Shown in pieces: positions 19,795 through 30,061 of a stretch of 64,000 nt of DNA. Where the stretch lies: assembly GCA_963727805.1 (NCBI GenBank), contig CAVSHF010000005.1, positions 352,001 through 416,000 of the forward strand, in the 5' to 3' direction. The translations under genes and the position numbers were made by a program. The notes beneath the pieces are model-generated. The model saw only the letters and a list, made by a program, of their open reading frames with translations. It was not told where the DNA came from and did not search any database. Numbering within the stretch: the first letter of the stretch is position 1; each line of letters begins with the position of its first letter. The stretch is from an uncultured Nitrospiraceae bacterium (GTDB lineage Bacteria > Nitrospirota > Thermodesulfovibrionia > Thermodesulfovibrionales > Dissulfurispiraceae).

Positions 19795-20550
19795 TTAGTC
19801 GATCCCCCTTTCAAACATTTCCGCCATCCGTTCGGCTGAAAGAAGTTCGCGTGCTGTGCCATAGAATACCGCGCCCTCGTGAAGCCAGATGACCTGTTCG
19901 GCGTGCTGACGCACCGCCACAAAGTCGTGCGTGACAAGCAGAACAGTGATCTTCCTTTCCTTGCGGATTTGAGAAATGAACTCCATTACTGCATGCGTCG
20001 CATTGCGGTCCACTCCAGCAGTCGGCTCGTCCAGCACCAGGATGTCGGGGCGTGTTGTCAAGGCGCGAGCGATGAGCACACGTTGCTTCTGGCCGCCGGA
20101 AAGTTCGGCAAAACGCTTGCGGGCAAACTCCTCAGCGCCCGCTGCACGAAGACATTCTCGAGTGAAAGCTCGTTCGCGTGAAGGCACAATAAGGCCGGGG
20201 CGCACGCGTCCATAGGTGCCCATGAGGGCGACCTCAAACGCTGTCAGCAGATAAACTGCATCGAATTGAACGGACTGGGGCACATAGCCGAATATGAGAG
20301 GTACACCTTTCGATGCGGTATCGATATGGCCCGCCACCGAAGGAAGCAGTCCAAGCACCGTCTTGAGTAGGGTCGATTTGCCCGAACCGTTTGCTCCAAG
20401 AATGGCGGTGAAACTTCCACGGGCAATAGAGAGCGAGATGCCTGAAAGCACAGATTGATTGTTGTAGCCGATACTGAGGTTGTCCAGTGTGATAAGTGTT
20501 TTGTCCATGGTCTGTTGTGTGTCCGCTCGCATATTCAGGCGGACACACAC
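19795..20550 (-). CDS. Metal ABC transporter ATP-binding protein (ZnuC-like)
   Basis: GANGSGKST, LSGGQKQR, LDEPTAGVD; real start may be 20508. Confidence 0.92.
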   Translation of the reverse strand: MCVRLNMRADTQQTMDKTLITLDNLSIGYNNQSVLSGISLSIARGSFTAILGANGSGKSTLLKTVLGLLPSVAGHIDTASKGVPLIFGYVPQSVQFDAVYLLTAFEVALMGTYGRVRPGLIVPSRERAFTRECLRAAGAEEFARKRFAELSGGQKQRVLIARALTTRPDILVLDEPTAGVDRNATHAVMEFISQIRKERKITVLLVTHDFVAVRQHAEQVIWLHEGAVFYGTARELLSAERMAEMFERGID

Positions 20551-20559
20551 TCCTTATCT

Positions 20560-21492
20560 TTATTTCCTTGATTGGACGGCAGTAACCATCGTGTGAATAA
20601 TATAGTCCATCATCTTGATGTACGTTTCCGTATTCGGCACGCCGCCCGGCATGATTGGCAACGTTATCATGGTAGCACCGGTCTGTTCAGCGATCCGTTT
20701 GGGAACTTTTTCGGGGAACTGTGGCTCGCGCACCACGATGGGAACATGCTGTGCCTTCATTGAGGCGACAAGCTCCTCGATATGACGTGCCGTCGGATCG
20801 ATGCCAGGCCTCAATTCAATAGTACCGAAATAGTCTATGCCGAAACGCGCCGCAAAATATGGCCAATGCTCATGATAGGATACGAACTTCACCCCCTTGA
20901 GCGCTTTCATTTCTTTTTCCCACTCGGCGATCTTGGAATTGAGCTTTGCGAGGTAAGCATCGCGATTATGCTTGAATTGAGCCTTGTACTGCGGCGCGAA
21001 TTCCACAAGCGCGTTATAAATATTCTCGATTGCGATCTTGGCCGACACAGGATCAAGCGTATAGTGCGGATTGCCGTACGGATGCACATCGCCTGCGGAA
21101 TGCCCGGTTGTTTTGGGAACATCGCGTGGAACGATACCTTGCGAACAGTCCACGTAGCCGGCCCTACCATATTGAATTCGTGGATTCTTGCTAGCCTCCA
21201 GCAAAGCGGGCAGAAAGGCGTGTTCACAATCAAACCCTACCAGTACCATCAGGTCTGCCCGGTTCATTATCGGTACAAAGCTTGGTTTCATCGGCACCCC
21301 GTGGGTGTCTTCCACGCCTGTGGCCAGGCTGTGGACCTCGACCAACTCCCCACCTACTGCCCGCGAAAAATCTGCCAGGTCGGTAAGTGTTGTTACAACA
21401 CTGATTTTAGCCGCATAAGCCGGTATCACGCCCATGCAAAATACCCCGACCAGCAAGATGATCGAGCACAAACAAAACAGTTTCAATTTCAT
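20560..21492 (-). CDS. Metal ABC transporter substrate-binding protein (ZnuA/TroA family)
   Basis: Signal peptide; DTHG, DVHPYGNPHYTLDP, SYHEHWPYF. Confidence 0.9.
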   Translation of the reverse strand: MKLKLFCLCSIILLVGVFCMGVIPAYAAKISVVTTLTDLADFSRAVGGELVEVHSLATGVEDTHGVPMKPSFVPIMNRADLMVLVGFDCEHAFLPALLEASKNPRIQYGRAGYVDCSQGIVPRDVPKTTGHSAGDVHPYGNPHYTLDPVSAKIAIENIYNALVEFAPQYKAQFKHNRDAYLAKLNSKIAEWEKEMKALKGVKFVSYHEHWPYFAARFGIDYFGTIELRPGIDPTARHIEELVASMKAQHVPIVVREPQFPEKVPKRIAEQTGATMITLPIMPGGVPNTETYIKMMDYIIHTMVTAVQSRK

Positions 21493-21515
21493 GTTGATAT
21501 TCCTCCGTTCCATAC

Positions 21516-22964
21516 TCAGCGTTGCTGCCAACCATGCGAGTGCGAGCCGATGATCCACGCCCATTGCACATAAACTGCATGATCGGGACTCAGACCGGAT
21601 GCAGCGTTATGGTCGGTGTACGTATATTGAAGGCGCAGCTGGTTCCAGTGGCTAAGAGCCCAAGTGACATAAGGAGAGTACTCGTAAGTCTGGGCTTTGT
21701 TGTCCTGGGCATCCTCCACAAAACCATATAGGAACCCGGCTGACCACTGCCTGTGGAACTTGTAAGTGAGGTATGAATACAGGCCAAGTGAGCCGACAGA
21801 TCGGTTGAACATCGTGCTGTCCGTGGAAATGACGTCATAGCGGTTGTTGCTGTGAAGCACTTCAGTGCCCCAGGTAAGGCTCTGGAACTGATTGTTACGG
21901 AGTGGCTTCCAGCTTAGCGCAAAGTCTGCTCCCACCAAGCGTCGCTCACGCTCTGTGAGCGTGCTGCCATCGGGTTGCGTAAGCTGGCCATCGCGGTCAA
22001 TCGTCTTGGGATTCCACAGGCCTGAAATTCCTGGTTCGAATGAGATATCAGGTGTTAAGTCGAAATATGATGACAGGCGGCCCCAGTAGTTCCACCCACC
22101 TAAGTGACGGAAATCGCCGACATTATTCGGAGGCACATCTCCACCGAACTGGTTGCCCGCGCCCACAGTCAGGCTAACATAATGCTCGATGGGCACTAGC
22201 CAGTTGACCTGTATCCCATCAGTCCTGGATTCGCCGCCGATGTATTGGTTGAGCACTAGCGGTCGATTCACGAAAGGCAGCTCATGATCGTGGATATAGG
22301 CCAGTCGGCCGAACTCGCCAAAGAAACGGCCTGCCTTCACAGTCAGATTCCAGGGCAGCGACTCTGTCTGGATAGCTGCTTCTTCGATATTAAAAGTCGA
22401 TTCGCCGGTGTGGGCATCGACTGTTGCGTTGGCCACCACGTATGCTTTGGCGAACGGGTCAACAGACGCTGCTGCGTTTAGTTCCACTGAACGTTGAAAT
22501 GCATCAAATCCGCCGGGTCGGTCGCTGCCCGTCCGCGCTGATCCTTTGCTGCGATAGGAAAAGATTGTCTCACCTACGAGTCCGATGGAAGGATTGAACT
22601 CACTTGGCAAAACTTTTCTTTGCGCTTCTACTACCTGACCTACCTGCTCCTTCAACTCTTGAACCTGCTGCTTGATGTGTCCGGTCTCTGTCGGCTGATT
22701 GGCAACGGAACTCTCGGACGAAACAGAGGGTTGAGCCTGTTTGACTTCAGCTTTCAAGTCGTCAATCAACTTCCGTTGCTCAACGATAGTTTGATCTTGT
22801 TTGTTTAGGGTTTCCTGAAGAGATCTTAGTTCCTGGATCGTCTGCTCCTGCTTCTTAAGAGTATCCTCAAGAGTCCTTACTCGATCTTCCAGGGTTTCCG
22901 CAAATACGCCTGTCGAAAATGACAACATAAATATTAGCGTGATAAACGCGATCATGATTTTCAT
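21516..22964 (-). CDS. Outer membrane beta-barrel/porin-like protein linked to metal uptake
   Basis: Signal peptide, coiled coil, FNPSIG...GRFFGEFGRL..H, C-terminal IGSHSH. Confidence 0.7.
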   Translation of the reverse strand: MKIMIAFITLIFMLSFSTGVFAETLEDRVRTLEDTLKKQEQTIQELRSLQETLNKQDQTIVEQRKLIDDLKAEVKQAQPSVSSESSVANQPTETGHIKQQVQELKEQVGQVVEAQRKVLPSEFNPSIGLVGETIFSYRSKGSARTGSDRPGGFDAFQRSVELNAAASVDPFAKAYVVANATVDAHTGESTFNIEEAAIQTESLPWNLTVKAGRFFGEFGRLAYIHDHELPFVNRPLVLNQYIGGESRTDGIQVNWLVPIEHYVSLTVGAGNQFGGDVPPNNVGDFRHLGGWNYWGRLSSYFDLTPDISFEPGISGLWNPKTIDRDGQLTQPDGSTLTERERRLVGADFALSWKPLRNNQFQSLTWGTEVLHSNNRYDVISTDSTMFNRSVGSLGLYSYLTYKFHRQWSAGFLYGFVEDAQDNKAQTYEYSPYVTWALSHWNQLRLQYTYTDHNAASGLSPDHAVYVQWAWIIGSHSHGWQQR

Positions 22965-23064
22965 GATGGTTCCTCCACATTTCAGTTCTTCCGACGCAAA
23001 TACACGCGCAAGACAGTTCGCACATGACGCGTGTCAATTGAATTGAATTATGTCTTAGAAGAAG

Positions 23065-23343
23065 TTAAGCAGGAGGTGGAGCGCGGCCGTATAGAGGTGA
23101 GTTAAATAATGCAGTAAAGGGAAATACCTTTGCTGATACGATCAACTCCGAAATGGCGTAGTTGATGTTGAAAGATATCGTATTGATGCTGGTTGAATGC
23201 GCGACATGAGCAGCTATACAGATTGGACAATCGGGATGATCGTCGCCATCGTCGTGATGATGGAAGGCTATTACAAAAAAACTAGCAAGGAGAAGCAACA
23301 CTAATATAAGTGATAACTTTCTCCTCTTTCCATTGAGACGCAT
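23065..23343 (-). CDS. DUF2946-like leader protein (TM, His patch, CxxC, C-terminal RAPP)
   Basis: HHHDDGDDHPDCPIC and GRAPPPA*. Confidence 0.75.
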   Translation of the reverse strand: MRLNGKRRKLSLILVLLLLASFFVIAFHHHDDGDDHPDCPICIAAHVAHSTSINTISFNINYAISELIVSAKVFPFTALFNSPLYGRAPPPA

Positions 23344-23603
23344 TGTTTTTATTCCCTTGACGATCCCCAGTTTGATGTTTCTATTATCGGTATGTTTTAT
23401 CTATGTTGTCAAATATGGCCGAGCAGATTATACTCACCTATGTCATATCAAGGATGCCTGCAGCACGAAATTGACAACCTGCGAATCGCTGCCAAGAAGA
23501 TGCTTATGCCTTTTCCCTCGGTCTCTGCCACAGGCGTGCCCGTGAGGCAGTCTGATAAGCGGTAACGCAAGCTAAAAAGAGCGCCACTACTGTCCTTAGA
23601 TAC

Positions 23604-23951
23604 ATGGTATGCGTAATATTTCAGTGGAAAGTCGGGCCGCCTATGCTCTTTGGGAATAGGTCATCAACAAATAAATGTATCAGGCCCAGAACGCCGACGG
23701 TTTTCCCTGATCTGAATTATCCAGCTTTTGCAAAGCGAACTGGCATGCAAGGCACAGTCATTCTGAAGGTGCTGGTAAGCCGGGACGGAACTGCACTTAA
23801 AGTGGCGATAGCTCAGTCTTCCGGTCATGACATCCTGGATAAATCTGCTATTGATGCAGTTAACCAATGGCGTTTTGTGCTAGCCCGTGCAGGAGATTCT
23901 ACTGTCGAGGAATGGGTACAAGTGCCTGTGTCATTTCGGTTGAATAAATGA
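23604..23951 (+). pseudogene. TonB C-terminal domain fragment
   Basis: YPAFAKRTGMQGTVILKVLVS; no TM anchor or Pro-rich linker; paralogous to 28957-29664. Confidence 0.6.
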
Positions 23952-24271
23952 ATAAGAAAGCAAATGCCTGAGACATGGTTATGTTCTTCTCCGCCAATAC
24001 AGGTACATCGACGGAGGCGAGAATAACCGCGATAGAATTCGGAATCTAAGCCAAGATTGCTTTAACCCCTTTAGGGAATGTGTAATCTGTTTGTATGCTC
24101 AATTCCACGTAATCCACTGGGTAGCTATTGTTACATTTTACACAGGTTGATCTCATATTTATTTCACTGAGAATGCCTTTAAAAGAACAATAATAAGCGT
24201 ATACTCATATAATAGAACTCTTTAATAATCCGGCAATCATGATACCGCCGTAAACCAAGGGGGGACATGAA

Positions 24272-25132
24272 ATGACAAGGATAATAGCGACGAGAGTGCT
24301 GCCAATATTTGTTCTGTTGATTTTGTTTTTTCCTAGTGAGGCACGCTGTCATGAAGGGACGCCTTCCGATGCAGCGGGCATAGCAGAAAAGACTGGGCAG
24401 GGTGTTCCGCTGGACCTGACTTTTGTCGATGAAGATGGCGTTGAGGTGAAGCTGAAAGATTTGGTTAATAAACCCACCATTCTGACGCTAGTTTATTATT
24501 CGTGCAGCGGGGTCTGTCCACAGATGCTGGGAGCTCTTGCTTCCGCCTTGGGAGGGGTGAAGCTTGAACCGGGAAAAGATTATGAAGTGGTGACTATCAG
24601 CTTTGACAAAGACGATACCCCTGCCATAGCAAAAGAAAAGAAGGTCAATTATATCAGGGCTGTCGGCACGTCATTCCCGGCCGACGCCTGGAAATTTCTG
24701 ACGGGCGGAGAAGAAAGCATAGGTCTGATAACGAAAGCTGTGGGATTTAGTTTTCAGAAGGAGTCGAGTATTGGAACGGTCGGATTCGGCTCACGCAAAG
24801 AGTCCAAAGGGTTTATCCATCCTACAGCGCTGATATTCCTGGCACCTGACGGCAAGGTCATGAAATATATGTATCTTGAACAATCTCATTATGGGACGCT
24901 GTCATCGCTGTCATTTTCATCCTCAGAAGTTACAGTAGCGCTCATCGATGCGGCAAAGGGTAAAGTGCGGGCCGGATCAAACAATCCCATGCGTCTCTGT
25001 TTCCCAGGAATATCAGAGCAGCAGGAGCAATTCTATACACTTATGGCAATCATCGGCACAGCCACCCTTCTGTGTGTAACGGCCTTTTTCATTTACCTAA
25101 TAAAGACGGGGAAACAGTCCGGTCGAGGTTAA
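24272..25132 (+). CDS. SCO1/SenC family protein
   Basis: YYSCSGVCP (CxxxC), WKFLTG, FIHP, C-terminal TM. Confidence 0.88.
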   Translation: MTRIIATRVLPIFVLLILFFPSEARCHEGTPSDAAGIAEKTGQGVPLDLTFVDEDGVEVKLKDLVNKPTILTLVYYSCSGVCPQMLGALASALGGVKLEPGKDYEVVTISFDKDDTPAIAKEKKVNYIRAVGTSFPADAWKFLTGGEESIGLITKAVGFSFQKESSIGTVGFGSRKESKGFIHPTALIFLAPDGKVMKYMYLEQSHYGTLSSLSFSSSEVTVALIDAAKGKVRAGSNNPMRLCFPGISEQQEQFYTLMAIIGTATLLCVTAFFIYLIKTGKQSGRG

Positions 25133-25218
25133 AAGTAAGGCGAACCATAACCTGTGCTGGCCAAAGCTCAGCCGCTTCTATCATTTTTTACCGACTTACA
25201 ATATGTACAACGCTCTTA

Positions 25219-25608
25219 TTATTTACGATAGCTGCAAGCGTCCTCGCAATGTTTGCACGTATACCCCGATTCCATACAAACATTGAAACATTTGATATCC
25301 TCATATTGTTGACACTGTTGAGGCTGTCCCTTGTTACTGTCTCTATCACCCATGTCAGATTTGCAATGATCCTTACAGCACTTTTGGGTATTGCATTCCT
25401 TGCAGCACTCCATGCCACAGGATGCTGATATGGCACTAGGAGTCAACGTCACAAAGGCAAGTAAAACAAATATCAGTAGAAACATGGGTATAATTGGCAG
25501 GGGATCTTGCCTGATTGTTATTTTACGGTGGATCTTCGGTCCTTTTTTACAGTCTTCAGAATAGTCCGGTTCATATGCCGATGCGGTTGTGAAGAGATAA
25601 TTGTTCAT
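25219..25608 (-). CDS. Membrane-anchored Cys-rich hypothetical protein
   Basis: GGAGA RBS; hydrophobic segment followed by 13 Cys. Confidence 0.5.
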   Translation of the reverse strand: MNNYLFTTASAYEPDYSEDCKKGPKIHRKITIRQDPLPIIPMFLLIFVLLAFVTLTPSAISASCGMECCKECNTQKCCKDHCKSDMGDRDSNKGQPQQCQQYEDIKCFNVCMESGYTCKHCEDACSYRK

Positions 25609-25824
25609 GATGTTCTCCAGTCGTTGCTATGCTAACAATATCATTGTGTTTTGTGTGTTGGCCGGGTCGGGCTGACCCGAATGAGCCGTAAATACAGCAA
25701 AGAGGGAAAGCACGACTCATATGATTAATACAATAGTTCTCATGGCAGAGACCTCATTCCAATAGATATCGGATGTTCTAAAAAAATATTCCTTATCAGC
25801 AGCTAGACTATGCTGATAAACAGT

Positions 25825-25852
25825 CAGGGCAGGAACATTAAGTCCTGCCCTG
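25825..25852 (-). terminator. Hairpin after Met-rich gene
   Basis: CAGGGCAGGA...TCCTGCCCTG inverted repeat. Confidence 0.55.
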
Positions 25853-25862
25853 AGGAATCAGA

Positions 25863-26612
25863 CTATTTGGAACCCGCTGAAGGCATCTTGGCAAGTAAGT
25901 CGATGACCTTCATGGCAGCTTCGCCATGCTGATGAGACATCGCCATCATTGGGTTGTCCATCGTCATGCCCTTTGCATGCATGTCCATCATCTCTTTGCC
26001 GCCCATTATGTCGGCTACCATGGGTTTGGCATCTTTCAGCATATCTTTCCCGTGCTCCACGGTCATTTTGTCGATGGCACCTGCCATGCCCATATCGCCA
26101 AGCATTACCATATTAGCTCCTTCGGCAGCCATTTGCAAGGCGTGGTTGATCATCATATGCATGTGGTGCATTGTCATCATATCAGGAGCGGACATGTCCT
26201 CCATGGACATCTTTTCGAGTATGTCAGCGACTTTTAGCATGGATTCGCCCAGTTGATGAGTATAGTCCATCAGTGGGTCCTTGGCAGGCTTCTTCATCAT
26301 GGCTGTCATCTCCGGGCCATTTAGGGCACTAGTGATCAATTCCTTGCCTTCTTTCATCATATGGTGTCCGTGATGGAGCATCTTTTCATCAACTCCCGGC
26401 GCCATTTTCATCTGCGCAAGCATTGCCATATTCGAACCTTCGGCTATCATCGACATGCCGTGATTCATCAGCATATGGAAGTGATGCATGTGCATAGAGG
26501 CATCATGGCCCTTGTGCTTCATCTCTTCAGCATTTGCAGAACCAAACATAGCAAAAGACAAGATAACTGCTAATACAATTATCTTGTTAAGCCCTTTCAT
26601 CATACCTTTCAT
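25863..26612 (-). CDS. Secreted Met/His-rich protein with internal duplication
   Basis: Signal peptide ending ANA; about 51 Met in 249 aa; two homologous halves; AGGAGG RBS. Confidence 0.85.
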   Translation of the reverse strand: MKGMMKGLNKIIVLAVILSFAMFGSANAEEMKHKGHDASMHMHHFHMLMNHGMSMIAEGSNMAMLAQMKMAPGVDEKMLHHGHHMMKEGKELITSALNGPEMTAMMKKPAKDPLMDYTHQLGESMLKVADILEKMSMEDMSAPDMMTMHHMHMMINHALQMAAEGANMVMLGDMGMAGAIDKMTVEHGKDMLKDAKPMVADIMGGKEMMDMHAKGMTMDNPMMAMSHQHGEAAMKVIDLLAKMPSAGSK

Positions 26613-26803
26613 AAATAATCCTCCTTTTTGTCGGTCTAAACCGACTTTCGGTTATCTTAAAGATAACGTGTAGCCATATAAAATATAGCTATGATCGATC
26701 CGTCAAACAACTTCACCGTAAGTTTATGCAAATCGCCTGTCACCATTACGTCCGCAGTGGTGGAAGAAATCACTGGATTATGTTCATCCAGTGACATGTC
26801 TGC

Positions 26804-27232
26804 CTATCCACTACTGACCGGGAAGGCAAAGGTGACATTGTCCTCTGCATTGTCCTTTTTAATCTTCAGCCTCATCTCCCAGCGTCCTTCCATCACGCTA
26901 TATGCCGTCCCGCATTCCTTACAAGTAAAATGACCGCTACTAAAGGTGAAGCCAACCTTGGATTTACAGCTCACACATTTATCAAGAAAAGAAAGGACTT
27001 CGTTGTCGATTTTTATGACAAAGAAATTTATGTTCTCGTTCCCGGAATCATAAGTAAAGAATTGGGGAACATCGGGCTTCAGGCTTAGAACATCGATGTT
27101 CACCTCTTCGCCTGATACCGGCGCTTTTGAATAAATAGTATGCTTAGAGCAGGCAGCAAGAAGCATTATACAAAGCATCGCAAGATAGGGTATTCCTTTA
27201 GCGAAGTCAAGACTTCTACTAGTCCACATCAT
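26804..27232 (-). pseudogene. DUF2318-like Fe-S lipoprotein fragment with a foreign C-terminus
   Basis: LAAC lipobox, INFFVIK, DKCVSC, CKECG, then unrelated MEGRWEMRLKIK tail. Confidence 0.5.
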
Positions 27233-27506
27233 CCTATAATAAACGATTGTCTTTTCAACAGTCCACCGACAAGTCTATGTTCCCGAGATGTTAGAGATTC
27301 TATCATTTGCAATATAGTACGTACGAGGCTAGCGACTTCAATCGGATCCCGCTATCTGTATATCTGGACTTGTAACGGCAATAAACTGTCGCCTACAGTG
27401 ACGCACCGTTTACTTCTTGATTATTATGAGAACACCCTATTGATGATTACCGCTATACCATTCAGTGTGTTTAGGATGCCCTCTCACGATAATTTATGTG
27501 AGCTAT

Positions 27507-28831
27507 CAGAAGTGTCCCAACGTTTAATGACGGATTGAGTTTAACATATTGAAATAACATATGGAATTGATAATGGAGCACGAAAACGACTTGAAAAGAA
27601 GTTTGGGCATCCGTCATTCTCGTGGTAACAAACACGAGGAGCGTACCCATGTATACAGGCAAGCTGATTTTCTCTCAGGTCGTCGAACACATACCACTAC
27701 CAGCCTTTCATCGGAGCGTCAACCGTTATCGTGGGAATTACAAGATCAAAGACTTCACTTGTCTGGATCAGTATCTATGCATGGCCTTTGCGCAACTGAC
27801 CTATCGGGAAAGTCTGAGAGATATCGAATCGTGCCTTCGATCTCAAAGAAGCAAACTCTATCACATGGGCATTCGTGGCAATGTATCCAGAAACACCTTG
27901 GCCAACGCCAACAAGGTAAGGGACTGGCGCATCTATGCCGACTTCGCTCATTGCCTGATTCAGAAAGCCCGTGCACTTTATTTGGACGAAGACTTCGGCG
28001 TGCAACTGGATCAGACGGTATACGCACTGGATGCAACGACTATCGACCTGTGTCTATCAGTATTCCCATGGGCGCATTTTCGTCAGACAAAGGCTGCAGT
28101 CAAGCTCCATACGCTACTGGATCTTCGCGGCAACATCCCAACGTTCATTCATATAAGCGATGGCAAGATGCACGAAGTAAATATTCTGGATTGTCTTGTT
28201 ATAGAGCCAGGAGCATTCTACATAATGGACCGAGGATATCTGGATTTTGCCAGACTGTATATGTTGCATTTGAGCAGGGCGTTCTTCGTCACCCGAGGCA
28301 AATCCAATTTCAAATTTCGCAGACAGTATTCCCATCCTGTAGATCGGACAACGGGGCTTATCTGCGATCAAAGCGGTACGCTAACCGGATTCTATTCGGC
28401 CTCTCACTATCCGGAGAAAATTCGCAAGATCAAATATCACGACGCCGAATTGGACAAGACTCTGGTATTTCTTACCAACAATTTCACGCTTCCAGCAATG
28501 ACGATAGCTCAACTATATCGATGCCGGTGGCAGGTGGAACTCTTTTTCAAGTGGATCAAACAGAACCTCAGAATCAAGAGTTTCTACGGAACAAGCGACA
28601 ATGCAGTCAAAACTCAGGTTTGGATCGCCGTATCGATATATGTTCTGGTGGCGATCATAAAGAAACGTCTCAAATTACAGGCAAGTCTCTATACGATTCT
28701 ACAGATATTGAGCGTGACCATGTTTGAGAGAACACCTTTAATACAGATACTTACAGATACACAGATCGGCGATAACGACACGTTGTCCGAGAACCAGTTG
28801 ATATTGTTCGATTAACGTTGGGACGCTTCTG
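27507..28831 (+). mobile_element. IS4 family insertion sequence
   Basis: Terminal IRs CAGAAGTGTCCCAACGTT / AACGTTGGGACGCTTCTG (17/18). Confidence 0.9.
27649..28815 (+). CDS. IS4 family DDE transposase
   Basis: LDATTI, MDRGY, YRCRWQVELFFKWIKQ. Confidence 0.95.
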   Translation: MYTGKLIFSQVVEHIPLPAFHRSVNRYRGNYKIKDFTCLDQYLCMAFAQLTYRESLRDIESCLRSQRSKLYHMGIRGNVSRNTLANANKVRDWRIYADFAHCLIQKARALYLDEDFGVQLDQTVYALDATTIDLCLSVFPWAHFRQTKAAVKLHTLLDLRGNIPTFIHISDGKMHEVNILDCLVIEPGAFYIMDRGYLDFARLYMLHLSRAFFVTRGKSNFKFRRQYSHPVDRTTGLICDQSGTLTGFYSASHYPEKIRKIKYHDAELDKTLVFLTNNFTLPAMTIAQLYRCRWQVELFFKWIKQNLRIKSFYGTSDNAVKTQVWIAVSIYVLVAIIKKRLKLQASLYTILQILSVTMFERTPLIQILTDTQIGDNDTLSENQLILFD

Positions 28832-28956
28832 GTCGGGTATATGCACTTTATCCTCCTCTAGAATTTGAATGTAATGCCTGCCAGTATTGTATTGTCAATT
28901 AGGACGTTGTCATTCCTCTGTACCTTCTTTCCGGTGAGACAGCTTGCGCTGGCAAA

Positions 28957-29664
28957 TCATTTGTCTAGATGAAAAGAAATCGGTACATTCACCCATTCTT
29001 CAAAAGGAGTATCTCCTTGACGTGCCGCAATGAAACGCCATTTTTTTACCGCCTCAACAGCGGTTCTATCAAGTAGGTCGTGACCTGAAGACTTGCCCAC
29101 ATCAATCTTGAGAGGATGGCCTTCGCGGCTTACAAGCACCTTCAGCATTACCGTTCCTTCTATTCCCATCCGTCTCGCAAAAGCCGGATAAATAGGTTTA
29201 GGATTGTTTAAATAGGCAGCCCCAAACTGGGGAGGCGTGATTGACACGCTGGAGACGCTGGGTCCTTTAGCTGATCCCGCAGTGTATGCAGATGTTTTAT
29301 TGCTGTTGTCTGACTGTACCCTTGATTCAGGTAGTGATACTGCTGGCGCGGCGGGAGCCGCCACCGAAGCTATAGCTTGGGGTTCAGAGCGTATTTGTTT
29401 GGGAGGTTGTGTTGCCGGTTGACGTATCGGCTTGGGAACTGACGGTTTAGGAATGGCTGTATGTTTGATGGATGCTGGTATCTCAACCAGTTGTGCATCT
29501 ATAGGGTTGAGCGGTATTGATTGCTCAGCCATATGGCCAAGCAATAACCCGACTCCCCACATCATAAAACCCCATAGGATCAAAGATGCAATTAAGACGA
29601 AGGGGAAGCGTCGCCAGGGATTATCAATATCCTCAAATTGAAGCGATGACTGATTTCTATTCAT
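28957..29664 (-). CDS. tonB: Energy transducer TonB
   Basis: TM, Pro-rich linker, NPKPIYP C-terminal domain. Confidence 0.9.
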   Translation of the reverse strand: MNRNQSSLQFEDIDNPWRRFPFVLIASLILWGFMMWGVGLLLGHMAEQSIPLNPIDAQLVEIPASIKHTAIPKPSVPKPIRQPATQPPKQIRSEPQAIASVAAPAAPAVSLPESRVQSDNSNKTSAYTAGSAKGPSVSSVSITPPQFGAAYLNNPKPIYPAFARRMGIEGTVMLKVLVSREGHPLKIDVGKSSGHDLLDRTAVEAVKKWRFIAARQGDTPFEEWVNVPISFHLDK

Positions 29665-30061
29665 TATATTTAACAGCTATCAGAAAATGCTCTGCTCCGG
29701 CAAGATGTGCCTGAAGCATGGCCTGGACTACCACACCCTGTGGTGCTGCATTATCAGCTGCAACAACAATGTTGCCATTTGAACTCTTGAGCATAGGCTG
29801 TAGAGTCCCCGCAAGCGTTTCGAGGCTAACGGGGGTGCTATTCAACAGGATTTCACTGTTCTTTGTCACGGTCAATGTTAAAGATGTCGTAGACTGAAGT
29901 GGTTCAGCCTTACCTTTGGGCAAATTGACGGGCAATGAATGTAGGTTTTGCAAAGAGAGTGATGCCAGCATAAATGTTGCTAGAAGAAAGAACATCACAT
30001 CTATCATGGGTATGATTTCTATCCGCCCGCGTCGCGATTGTCGCGACTTACGCAGTTTCAT
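29657..30061 (-). CDS. exbD: Biopolymer transporter ExbD
   Basis: IEIIPMIDVMFFLL. Confidence 0.92.
   Translation of the reverse strand: MKLRKSRQSRRGRIEIIPMIDVMFFLLATFMLASLSLQNLHSLPVNLPKGKAEPLQSTTSLTLTVTKNSEILLNSTPVSLETLAGTLQPMLKSSNGNIVVAADNAAPQGVVVQAMLQAHLAGAEHFLIAVKYNE

Noticed and set aside
25610..25743. Minus-strand signal-peptide-like frame with TGA
   Set aside because: Also has a TAG stop and no SECIS; at most a decayed fragment
27561..28727. 388-aa ORF overlapping the IS4 transposase
   Set aside because: Alternate-frame shadow with no recognisable motifs
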